From Eledone cirrhosa (taxonomy: Eukaryota): DNA of 64,000 nucleotides. Below, one piece after another: positions 40,885 through 57,562 of the stretch. Under the pieces are notes generated by a model that saw only the letters and a program-made list of their open reading frames with translations, did no database searches and had not been told where the DNA came from. Where the stretch lies: NCBI GenBank assembly GCA_964016885.1, contig OZ024757.1:12090001-12154000 (forward strand), written 5' to 3'. Both the position numbers and the translations under genes were made by a program. The stretch's first letter is position 1. The number at the start of each line of letters is the position of its first letter.

Positions 40885-42483
40885 CATATAATTACGCATA
40901 TACATACATATATATACACACACAAAATACATAGCCATACAATTATACACATACAAATACGTACATATCACAAACACGCACAAACAAATACAAACACACA
41001 CACATATATATATATATCTATATATATATATATATAGATATAGATATATATATGTGTGTGTAAAACTCAATCTTAGATAATTCATATGAACCTTATTTAA
41101 CTCCAAAATATAGATATTCATATATATATAGTTATGTAATAAACAACATAAGGCAATTATTCCATTTACCAGTGGTTTCTTAAAAGCAAAAAATGTTGCC
41201 TTCAATCATCAGAATGAAAAAATCCTGGTCTATCTATATATATATATATACACACATATATATACATATATATATACACGTACACATACATACACATACA
41301 TTTTGGTATGTGAAGGGTAAGGCCAAAAATAGGGGGGGAAAGGAGGGGGAAAAGGAGGGGGATAAATGACATAGGAAAAGGTTAAATATAAGGGGAGATA
41401 AGGGGAAAAGAGAATACAAGAGTACAGAACCTGGATTCAGCAGGTAAAAAAACCGTAGTAGAAGTAAGGAGCAGAGAAGGAGTTCAAGGCGGTTGATTTA
41501 TCATAGGAATGTCAATCCAGTTACAGATCAGATGTGATTTCAGATGAGCACAACATCTGAAGATCTCGGTCTTTGAGGTCAGGCAAGCGGAAGTGGCTCT
41601 CAAGTTTAACAAAATCCTATATTTTTCTGTGGTACACAAAGAACAATTCTTTGTGCCCCTTTGGTACTCCCTCGAATGGTCTGAGTACGGGATGTTATTA
41701 TCCTTGAATTCCACACCTTACTTGCGAGGGCCGTTGTTGTTCGTTTATCGGAGTGCTTAAAAGAAGCGACATGTGAGTAAAACCTGGTTTTAAACCTGTC
41801 CTGGGTCATGCCGACTTATTGCTCACTCCTGGCTGGCTGGTTGTTGATTAACAGTGTTATTTTAGCCTCATAAACAACAGATTTGGTGTTACATTTGCCC
41901 TGCAATGGGCATTCATCCGGCTTCCTGCAACTGCATCCTGGATTTGTTCTCGTATGATTTGAACTATTAATCTTGGACTTCATAGATGGGCAACAAGAGT
42001 AACTGATCTTAACTACGTTCCTATTAAATATCTTATAATATCTATGATTAGGAGGAAAATGTTTATCTAAGAGTTCAAGGAATTTCCTTCCTATATTAGA
42101 TTTGACAGTTAGAGAGAAGGAGTGTGTGAAGCAAATAATTTTCCTTTTCCTGTTATTGTGGTTAGTTTTAAGGGGGGGCTGGGGGAGGGCTGGAGGGTAA
42201 ATAAAAAAAAATTCTGTAAAACCGCTGTTGATTGTGTGTATGTATGTATGTATGGCTATGTATGTGTATGTGTATGCATATATATATATATATATATATT
42301 TATATTTCTATATAAATGTGTGTATATATGTGCGTGTGGTTGTATATATGTATGTGGTTGTATGGATATGTTGATACTTATGTATGTATGTATGTATGTG
42401 TATATGTATGTGTATGTGTGTGTATATATACACATATATATGTGTATATATGTGTGTGTGTGTGTATGAGTGTATGTGTGTAT

Positions 42484-42515
<32 letters not shown>

Positions 42516-42790
42516 GTGTGTATGTATATAATTGTGTGCGTGTGTGTTTGCATGTGTGTTTTTATTTTATTTTTCCTTTCCTTCTTCCTTCTCCAGCCTC
42601 ACTTTCATATAGATTGCATTTTTGTTTTTAGAATCCAATAACACTAAATAGACCAGGATTTTTTCATTCTGATGATTGAAAGCAACATTTTTTGCTTTTA
42701 AGAAACCACTGGTAAACGGAATAATTGCCTTATGTTGTTTATTACATAACTATTAAGCTCTGTTACCTACATAGAGCACTCTTTTTTCCT
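39890..42790 (-). mobile_element. Penelope-like element 3 remnant with tandem and inverted pLTRs
   Basis: Minus-strand coding remnant 41484-42120 (KHFPPNHRYYKIFN, CSCRKPDECPLQGKC..VVY, GMTQDRFKTRFYSH, CSLC); terminal block at 39900, 41125 and, inverted, 42594-42753. Confidence 0.85.
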
Positions 42791-42853
42791 GGACTTTTCC
42801 GACGGAATTACTTCATTTACACATATATATAAATATATATATATATACATATT

Positions 42854-42910
<57 letters not shown>

Positions 42911-42916
<6 letters not shown>

Positions 42917-43123
42917 GTGTAAAGAAGAAATAAAAAGATGGTTAAAACAGTTCCATATATTTTATTCTGCGCATTTCGAAAACAACATCATCCTGGGACA
43001 AAATTGTGTTCTCATCAGATAAAATAAGGTAACCTGATATGAGGCCTAAAATATGTTGTTTTCGAAATGCACATATTAAAATATATGGAACTTTTTAACC
43101 ATCTGTTAATTTCTTCTTTACAC

Positions 43124-43135
<12 letters not shown>
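42911..43135. repeat. Small inverted pLTR remnant with hammerhead-like motif (42961-43027, minus strand)
   Basis: Mirrored gtgtaaagaagaaat..gatggttaaaa arms; CTGATGA-GAACACAA..TTGTTTTC-GAAA-tgcgca. Confidence 0.6.
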
Positions 43136-43154
<19 letters not shown>

Positions 43155-43244
43155 GTTCTACTAACTATTGAGTGCTACTTATCTGATATATTCTTAATGT
43201 TATTGTTCTACAATATTACTGACCTCCTACATATATATATATAA

Positions 43245-43331
<87 letters not shown>

Positions 43332-43335
43332 GTAT

Positions 43336-43431
<96 letters not shown>

Positions 43432-43578
43432 ATATATCTATATGTATATATATATATATGTATATGTATATATATATGTACATATATGTATATATATATG
43501 TATATATATGTATATATATATGTATATATATATGTATATTTATATATATATGTATGTATATATATATATATATGTATG

Positions 43579-43625
<47 letters not shown>

Positions 43626-43626
43626 G

Positions 43627-43659
<33 letters not shown>

Positions 43660-43706
43660 GTATATATATATATGTATAAATATATATATGTGTGTATATA
43701 TATATA

Positions 43707-44693
43707 TCATCATCATCATCATCATCATTTTACGTCCGCTTTTCCCTGCTTGCAAGGGTGGGACGGGTCTTATTCAGCACAGCATCTCTCCACTCGTCAC
43801 GGTCCCTCGTCATCCCCACCGTGAGCTTCAATGATCTGAGGTCTGTTCTCACCACCTCCGCCCATGTTTTTCGTGGTCTACCTCTACCACGTCTTCCTTC
43901 AACTGGCATTTCCTGGCACTTCTTCACCCATCGATCATCCTCCATGCGCATCACATGTCCATACCACCTCAGTCTCCTCTCCCGTACACTACATTCTATC
44001 CCTCTCCGACACAGTTACTCTCTCAACACATTTATGCTGGGTCCGTTCACGCACATTTACACTGCACATCCAACGGAGCATGCTTGGCTCATTTTTCTCC
44101 AGCCGTCGCATATCCTCCGCGGTTGCTGCCCATGTCTCCCTACCATGCAGCATCGCGCTCCTCACACAGGCATCATACAACCGGCCTTTCGTACGCAGGT
44201 AGAAACCCTTCTTCGTCAACAGAGGAAGTATCTCCATAAACGTCTTCCAACCCGTCCTTATTCTAGATACTATGGCCTCGGAACACGCTCCTCCCATGCT
44301 AATCTGATCTCCTAGGTACCGGAAGCTATCAACCACTTCTATAGCGCCCTCTCGCATTTGAAAAATGTGTCTATCAGTGCGACTTCTACTGTCTAATTTC
44401 CCCGTACATCTACTGCATACATATTTCTCCCTACCTGTCAGTTTGCCTGCTATCCGCTACATCTCTTGTGTACCCAGGACCTGCATTGTGTGCATTTATA
44501 GAATTTATGCCAGTTCCTTTTCTGCATATCGAACATTGGCCATTTCCCTGACGGAATCAGGGTTTTGTCCTCTTTTCTACTCATCAACACTTTTGTCTTA
44601 GCTAGATTTACTCTCAGTCCTCTTGCTTCCAACTGCTGTTTCCATAGCCGGAATTTATTCTCTAGCTCCTCTACTGATTCTGCTATAAGAGCC
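43707..44693 (-). mobile_element. RTE LINE 3' fragment, same family as 21656-23778
   Basis: Closely collinear with 21660-22660; (GAT)n tail; flanked by (TA)n. Confidence 0.92.
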
Positions 44694-44694
44694 A

Positions 44695-44751
<57 letters not shown>

Positions 44752-44783
44752 GTGTATATATATATGTATATATATATATAATG

Positions 44784-44881
<98 letters not shown>

Positions 44882-44897
44882 ATTGTATATATATATG

Positions 44898-44930
<33 letters not shown>

Positions 44931-44932
<2 letters not shown>

Positions 44933-45768
44933 GAAAAAGTGAGTCCTTCATCAGTGACCCTCCAACCGTCCCAGGCATTTCATCGCTTTAAGGGCCATAT
45001 ACCTCAGGTTGGTGCGAACAAACGGCTAAAAAAAAGTCGTTGGGACACGTAAATAAGAGAACGTTAGGGTGAACAAACAAAAGGACTCACTTTTTCATAT
45101 GTATCCCATTTGCAACGCCGCAGCTCCATTATTATCATATTTACACATATATTTTTTCCTCTGCTGCCACCCGTCTGTTTCTTTCCTTGTATCTTTACCC
45201 TTTCTAGCAGTCTCTCTCTCTTTTAGCCTCTTCCTCAACCTTCACTCACTCATACCCTGTCACTGCCTCTCCTCCTCTCCTCTTTCTTCCCGCTTGACCT
45301 GTCCGATTTCTTTTCTCGCGCACTCTTGGCCAAGCCGGTATGAAATTTTTTTTCTCTCTCTCTCTCGTCTGCGACTTCACAGAACTTATGTTTACCGAAT
45401 TCGCAGACCAGACCCCTTCTTCTTCCCCCCGTTAGACCTGTGCGAAATTCCTTCCTTGCTCACATTTCAACCAGGTTTGATGGTCTTTATTCTCTAGTTC
45501 ACGATTTTATCGAGTTTATATTCATAGAAATCTGGGACTTGTCTCTTTCTTCTCACTTTCTGTTGCTTAAACCATCTTGTTTGTTCACCCTAACGTTCTC
45601 TTTATTTACGTGTCCCAACGACTTTTTGTAGCCGTTGTTCGCACCAACCTGAGGTATATGGCCCTTAAAGCGATGAAATGCCTGGGACGGTTGGAGGGTC
45701 ACTGATGAAGGACTCACTTTTTCATATGTATCCCATTTGCAACGCTGCAGCTCCATTATTATCATATT

Positions 45769-45772
<4 letters not shown>
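44931..45772. mobile_element. Non-coding element with pLTR-like inverted plus direct termini
   Basis: 44931-45080 is the reverse complement of ~45577-45726; 45081-45145 repeats directly at 45708-45772; flanked by (TA)n. Confidence 0.6.
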
Positions 45773-45809
<37 letters not shown>

Positions 45810-45816
45810 CTCAAGA

Positions 45817-48800
45817 ATGTACATTACTCAAGAATGTAATAAGCACTTTAACAGAAAATTAAAGTGGCTTAAACAGGCAAAGCTAAATCGGGATACTATA
45901 GAGTATACCAATAGATATCCCGACAAAATTGACGGTATCAACATGGCCGACACCTCATTATCTGAAGAGTTCAACAATGAAAATACCAACATTTATGGAA
46001 ACACGAAAATAGATAGTAATGAAATGTCTGTGTTACGTTTGCCACCCAAATTTGCGACATTCAAGAAGGTAAATATGATTAGTTGTCTGTCAGAAATAGA
46101 AAAATCATTTACGAAACTACGCTGGAGCATCAAAAACAAAAACAAAAGCAACAATATACGCACACACATATACAACACACATCCCAACAACAACAGACAC
46201 ACAGACACAAACAATAACAACAACAATAGCAACATACCCAGATACAATACCAACAATAGCAACATACCCAGATACAACAGACACGCAGACACAAACAACA
46301 ATAACAACACACACGGAGACAACAATAACAACAACACACACATCAACAACAACAACAACAGCAACATACCCAGATACAACAACAACAGACACGCAAACAC
46401 AAACAACAATAACAACACACACAACAACGATAACACACACACACACGGAGACAACAACACACATCAACAACAACACACATCAACAACAACAACACACACA
46501 CATTCAATGCCTCTCACCACCACTACAATCTTAACAAACACACAGACACAGAAAACAAGTAATGACAGTAGCACAGAAATCAGAGAAATAAGAGAAAGTA
46601 ATAGGATTAAAAGGAGTAGGGAGACTAAGGACAAAGAGAATAACCAAGACGAACACACAGACACACAAAATAGGGTAGATAACAACATTGAGCCAGTGGA
46701 AAGAGACAGGAGTAATTATGAGAGACATAGAAACAACCATGAAGCTGAGGCTGCTGCTGTTGGTGGAAATAGAAACAACACAACTAACAATAGCGCAAGT
46801 ACACATAAAGCAGCAGCCTGGAACTCTCCGTTTTATAACCACTCCGATAAATCATTCGACCTACGACGAGTCCACGCCACGACTTTGCCATTTAACAAAC
46901 GCACGCAGTTGCCGTCGCAGGTCGATGAACAAACAGAAGCACAATTTAGTATAGCTAAATCCGAACTTAGAAATATTATAGAACAGTATAGCAAGAAGCA
47001 TAATAGAATAGAGGCCCAGCAACTGGGAGAAGAATCTGCAAATGGCTTGCGTAAGCTCATGCAGCGCTCGCGTAATGGAGAGATAGCATGCTTTCCAACA
47101 GACAAGTCTGGCAGAATGTCGGTTGACAGTCTGCCAAACTACATCCAGGCAATGCAACCCCACATCACTAACACAAGAGAGGTAACACCACAGGAGCATG
47201 AGGACAGAGAAAAAACCCTCAATGCCCATATGGTGATGTGGACAAATATAATGCAGCCCAACAAAAGGACTGCCAACAACTTCCAGGCCTGGAACAATGA
47301 CGTGCCGGCGTTGTATGGGCTTCGAAAAGACCATAAAACGGGCTGGGACCCTGTCGCGGGACCACCAACACGGCCAGTCTGTGGGGCTAACATTGCTAGT
47401 AACTACAGACTGTCCTACTTCCTCTCCCTGATCATACGCCCCATCATTGAGATGTCCCCAGATGTGTGTGACAGCACGGAGGACCTCCTCAGCAGAATCG
47501 ACGCGGGTAACCGATCTGGGGACCTAACAAACTGCATAATAGGCAGTATGGATGTTGTGTCCCTGTATCCATCCATTGACGTGGATTTTGCTGTGGAGAA
47601 ATGCGTCGAAATGATCAGCGAGAGCAAGGTTGAGTTCCGTGGGATTGATACCAGTGAGCTGGGACTTCTACTTAAGCTTACCCATAGTAATAGTTACCTA
47701 GACACTTATGACCTTAGCAACCTGTGCCCTACAAGACCAGCAAGAGGCAGACCACCTACCATTACCTCAATGGCCAAGAAAACCCACACAGATAGATGGA
47801 ACGGGTGGACCAGAGCCATACGGACACCCGAAAACCACGATGAACTGAAGAAAATGATTGCACATGCGGTAGGGGCCAGCATAAAATTAACCCTTAAGGA
47901 ACATATGTTCAAATTTAATGGTAAAACATATGCCCAAGAGGAAGGAGCAGCCATTGGTGTTAGCATTGCAGGCGACATAGCTAACTTGTTCATGGTATGG
48001 TGGGACAGTAGACTTAAACAAAAACTTAAAGAACAATTAGAAGACAGATTAACCCTGATAATGTACTCCCGCTACGTAGATGATATAAACATCGTAGTTA
48101 AGACACCCCCACTAAAGAACAGTCAGGAACCTGAGAAAAACACAATGGAAAGCATCCAGCAAATAGCAAACTCCATCCACCAGAGCATTAGAGTTACTAT
48201 AGACTACCCAAGTAGACACCCCAACCATCGATTACCTGTACTAGACACAGAGCTCTGGTTAGATACTATTAACAACCAAAAACAAATCCTCCATTCCCAT
48301 TATGCCAAACCCATGACTTCCAAACATCTGATCCACCGAAACTCGGCCATTTCGGACCATACCAAAATCAACATACTGATTGCGGATTTGATACGGGTGA
48401 TGAGAAATGTGTCCCGCATGTGCAACCCCGAAGAACTAGAGAGACACATACAACACTTCATCCACCGTATGCAGTTCTCTGGCTACAATCAGAGAGATAG
48501 AATCAGAGTGTATAAAGGAGCCAGAACCAAATGGGAAAAAATGGTAAATAATGACATAAATGGGACCTGCCCCTTGTATAGGAGCAAATTTTGGAATAGA
48601 ATAGAAAGAACTAAGAACAAGGCCAATAGAATAAACTCATGGTATGATAGCAATAAATACCAGAGTGTAATGTTCATCAATACAACCCCTAGAGGTGAAC
48701 TAGCCTACAAATTTAGAAGGGCCCTAAAGAAACATAATCTCAATATTAAGATAGTAGAAAGACCTGGTACCTCCGTAAAAACACTTATTAGCAAGACATA

Positions 48801-49203
48801 CCCGTTCCAAAGACCCTCATGTATAGATAAGAAATGTATAACCTGTAAAATAAGCCCCCATATTAACTGTAAAACTAGAAATGTAGTATATAGCATAAGA
48901 TGTACTGAGGGACAATGTAGAAACAAAAATATAGTGTACATAGGTGAGACAGCTCGTAGTATAGGGGAACGAATAAATGAACACTGGCGAGACCTCCAAG
49001 ATAGTAAAGAATCATCTGTGCTCTACCAACATGCTAAGATAGAACACAGGGGTAAATTAGAGAGCATAGAAATAAAAATAGAATCCACACACAAGAAAGA
49101 CGCAATGTTTAGGCAAATTACAGAGGCAGTAAGCATAAAAGAATTAAAACCAAAATTAAATAGAAAATATGAGTGGAACAGCAACATCACAACTTACAAT
49201 TAA
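45817..49203 (+). CDS. Penelope-like retroelement polyprotein (Asn-rich region, RT, Cys linker, GIY-YIG); open but 5'-truncated (PLE4)
   Basis: 1128 aa; TDKSGR, GSMDVVSLYPSI, QEEGAAIG, RYVDD, LPVLD, CxxxxCxxC linker, VVYSIRC..YIGET..R..EH, E..LNRK. Confidence 0.93.
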   Translation: MYITQECNKHFNRKLKWLKQAKLNRDTIEYTNRYPDKIDGINMADTSLSEEFNNENTNIYGNTKIDSNEMSVLRLPPKFATFKKVNMISCLSEIEKSFTKLRWSIKNKNKSNNIRTHIYNTHPNNNRHTDTNNNNNNSNIPRYNTNNSNIPRYNRHADTNNNNNTHGDNNNNNTHINNNNNSNIPRYNNNRHANTNNNNNTHNNDNTHTHGDNNTHQQQHTSTTTTHTHSMPLTTTTILTNTQTQKTSNDSSTEIREIRESNRIKRSRETKDKENNQDEHTDTQNRVDNNIEPVERDRSNYERHRNNHEAEAAAVGGNRNNTTNNSASTHKAAAWNSPFYNHSDKSFDLRRVHATTLPFNKRTQLPSQVDEQTEAQFSIAKSELRNIIEQYSKKHNRIEAQQLGEESANGLRKLMQRSRNGEIACFPTDKSGRMSVDSLPNYIQAMQPHITNTREVTPQEHEDREKTLNAHMVMWTNIMQPNKRTANNFQAWNNDVPALYGLRKDHKTGWDPVAGPPTRPVCGANIASNYRLSYFLSLIIRPIIEMSPDVCDSTEDLLSRIDAGNRSGDLTNCIIGSMDVVSLYPSIDVDFAVEKCVEMISESKVEFRGIDTSELGLLLKLTHSNSYLDTYDLSNLCPTRPARGRPPTITSMAKKTHTDRWNGWTRAIRTPENHDELKKMIAHAVGASIKLTLKEHMFKFNGKTYAQEEGAAIGVSIAGDIANLFMVWWDSRLKQKLKEQLEDRLTLIMYSRYVDDINIVVKTPPLKNSQEPEKNTMESIQQIANSIHQSIRVTIDYPSRHPNHRLPVLDTELWLDTINNQKQILHSHYAKPMTSKHLIHRNSAISDHTKINILIADLIRVMRNVSRMCNPEELERHIQHFIHRMQFSGYNQRDRIRVYKGARTKWEKMVNNDINGTCPLYRSKFWNRIERTKNKANRINSWYDSNKYQSVMFINTTPRGELAYKFRRALKKHNLNIKIVERPGTSVKTLISKTYPFQRPSCIDKKCITCKISPHINCKTRNVVYSIRCTEGQCRNKNIVYIGETARSIGERINEHWRDLQDSKESSVLYQHAKIEHRGKLESIEIKIESTHKKDAMFRQITEAVSIKELKPKLNRKYEWNSNITTYN

Positions 49204-49507
49204 GGACAAAATGAAAACACACACACACATATATAAACAACTTACAATTGAAAACACACACAAAATGAAAACACACACAAGACAAAATGAAAACACACAC
49301 ACACATAGAACAAACAACCAACCAACAATAAATAAATAAATAAACAAACAAATATAAATATAAAAATAGAAAAATAGAAAAATGAACACAAACACACACA
49401 GACACCCGGATGTGGCGCATGCGCAAACTGAGCACGCAACCCACACACAAACAAAATGGCGTAGGATAGAAGAAAGGAAAGGCACAGAAACGAAGAAAGA
49501 AATCCCC

Positions 49508-49552
49508 AGTCACTGAAGAGGTCACAGAGTGTGTGACGAAAGAACTATGACT
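49508..49552 (+). ncRNA. Type I minimal hammerhead with extra base after A9 (PLE4 pLTR)
   Basis: AGTCA-CTGAAGA-g-GTCACA..TGTGAC-GAAAG-aa-CTA-TGACT. Confidence 0.75.
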
Positions 49553-49703
49553 ATATATATATAAACAACTATCTGGTTGTGGAACCAACCAACCAACCAG
49601 AAATTTATAAATTTGTAAATTTATAAATATATATTAAATTAAATTGAAGTGAAAGCAACTGGTGCGTGTGTTTCTTATTGGCAACATGACCCTCCCAAAG
49701 TAT

Positions 49704-49770
<67 letters not shown>

Positions 49771-49773
49771 TAC

Positions 49774-49841
<68 letters not shown>

Positions 49842-49947
49842 TATATAAGGATTAAAATACTGGAACGTGTTGGAGTTAAACACCCTCTTCGTATTATAGA
49901 AATGACAGTAAAAGGTATGGCTCAATGTAATTAAACAGAGCCGAAGA

Positions 49948-54746
<4,799 letters not shown>

Positions 54747-54761
54747 GTATATATATATATG

Positions 54762-54811
<50 letters not shown>

Positions 54812-54844
54812 CATATATATATACATATATATATATATATACAC

Positions 54845-55900
<1,056 letters not shown>

Positions 55901-57185
55901 AGGTAAATTTCTATACTAAATATAAGGGTATCCGTAGAATCACTGGGTCTTCTAAATCTTTTAAATTATTTTTATTTTTTTATTTGTTTTGACTCTGATA
56001 GCTTCTAATAACTTTCATATGTCTACCCTTGCAAAATCTTGTTTGAGATATAGGTAGGATAGATTTCTATAATAAATATATAAAACATATTATTTTAACT
56101 TGAGATACTCTATAGCGTTTTAAAGATATTTAATGCTTTGATATTTCTATATTAATATATTGATATTTGATTATCTCTATACAATGGCCATATGTGTGTA
56201 TTAACATGCATATAAAGGTTTTATAGGGTTTATTTATGTGTTTGTATATATGGCTGTATATATGCATAACGATGCTGGAAGACTCACGCAGATATTTATT
56301 TATACATATGTATGTGTATATATGATTGTGTGTGTATATGTTGATGTGTGTTGCAGATATGCATAATATTAAATACATGAACGGTAATCATGTATATGAG
56401 GACATGAATATTAATCGTATTTTTATGTATATATACTGTGACATTTTTATAACACAAGAAATGTATAGAAGGAATCAAGTGAAATCATTTGTGTGTCTAT
56501 ATTATTGACTGGAGTAGACATAATTTTATTTTTTCAGGACGTACATATGTGTGTATATATATATACATATTTGTATCCGTATTTTTATAAATAGGGTATT
56601 TTTTGAAGGTTTTAACTCAGATTTTGGTATATTGACCTCAAGATATTAAACTAAACATATGGTCATTATTGAACAATGTTATTTTCTCATATTATATATC
56701 TATGTCACATTCATGAATATTGATATTTACATTTTTATTATTCATTTCATATGAATTGTTAACTCAACTTAATATGACATGACGTAAAGTTGTCACTATA
56801 TCCCCTCTCTCTATATAGTATTTCCTCTCTCTTGAGTTCCTCTATCTGTATGATGAATTATTATCTCTGTTGCTTTCTTTTGTTTTTCTTATTTCTTCCT
56901 TTTTCCTTTCTTTTTTATTTCCTCCTATCTATTTATATCGTTCTTTTCTACATACATTTCTCTCTCTCTCCGATATTTCTCCAGGTTTTCTTTTTCTCTC
57001 TCTCCTTCTTTTTCTCTCTCCTTATCTCTCTCCGTTTTTTCTTTCTCTCCGTCTTTTTCTAACTGTGCTTAACACTATAACTAATAAAATAATTATAAAC
57101 ATCTCACTATCCAGACAGCTTCCAAAAATAATGGTTGCATCTAATAGGGTACGTCAAAATTATTTATAAAACTGTTTATATACTG

Positions 57186-57250
57186 TATTTTGTCTGATGA
57201 AGGCATACCATATTTTAATTTGGTATCCCTGAAATATGTATAATGAAATA
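57186..57250 (+). ncRNA. Hammerhead-like motif in a solo pLTR
   Basis: CTGATGA-AGG.ATACCA..TGGTAT.CCT-GAAAtatGTA; the downstream sequence is related to 39262-39405. Confidence 0.6.
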
Positions 57251-57382
57251 AATATGGTTTTATAAATATAGTTTCCATTTATTTAATATCGTATATCTAC
57301 TCCAAAAACTTGTCGAGTGCTTTATATCAGTTATAAAATATTTACTTGTTGTATCCCAACAAGTAAATAGAACTTTTGCATA

Positions 57383-57446
<64 letters not shown>

Positions 57447-57469
57447 TATATGTATATATATATATATAA

Positions 57470-57524
<55 letters not shown>

Positions 57525-57562
57525 AATATATATATATATAAATATATATATATATGTATATA

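Noticed and set aside
45676-45750. CTGATGA in the 44.9-45.8 kb element as a canonical hammerhead
   Set aside because: No compatible GAAA and stem arrangement found.
45993-46842. Hydrophobic Leu/Val/Cys-rich minus-strand ORFs (also 58303-58852)
   Set aside because: Antisense shadows of the (AAC)n tracts.
55940-57180. Possible PLE coding remnant upstream of the 57194 hammerhead (similarly 27700-28110)
   Set aside because: Too degenerate and AT-rich to read any protein motif.
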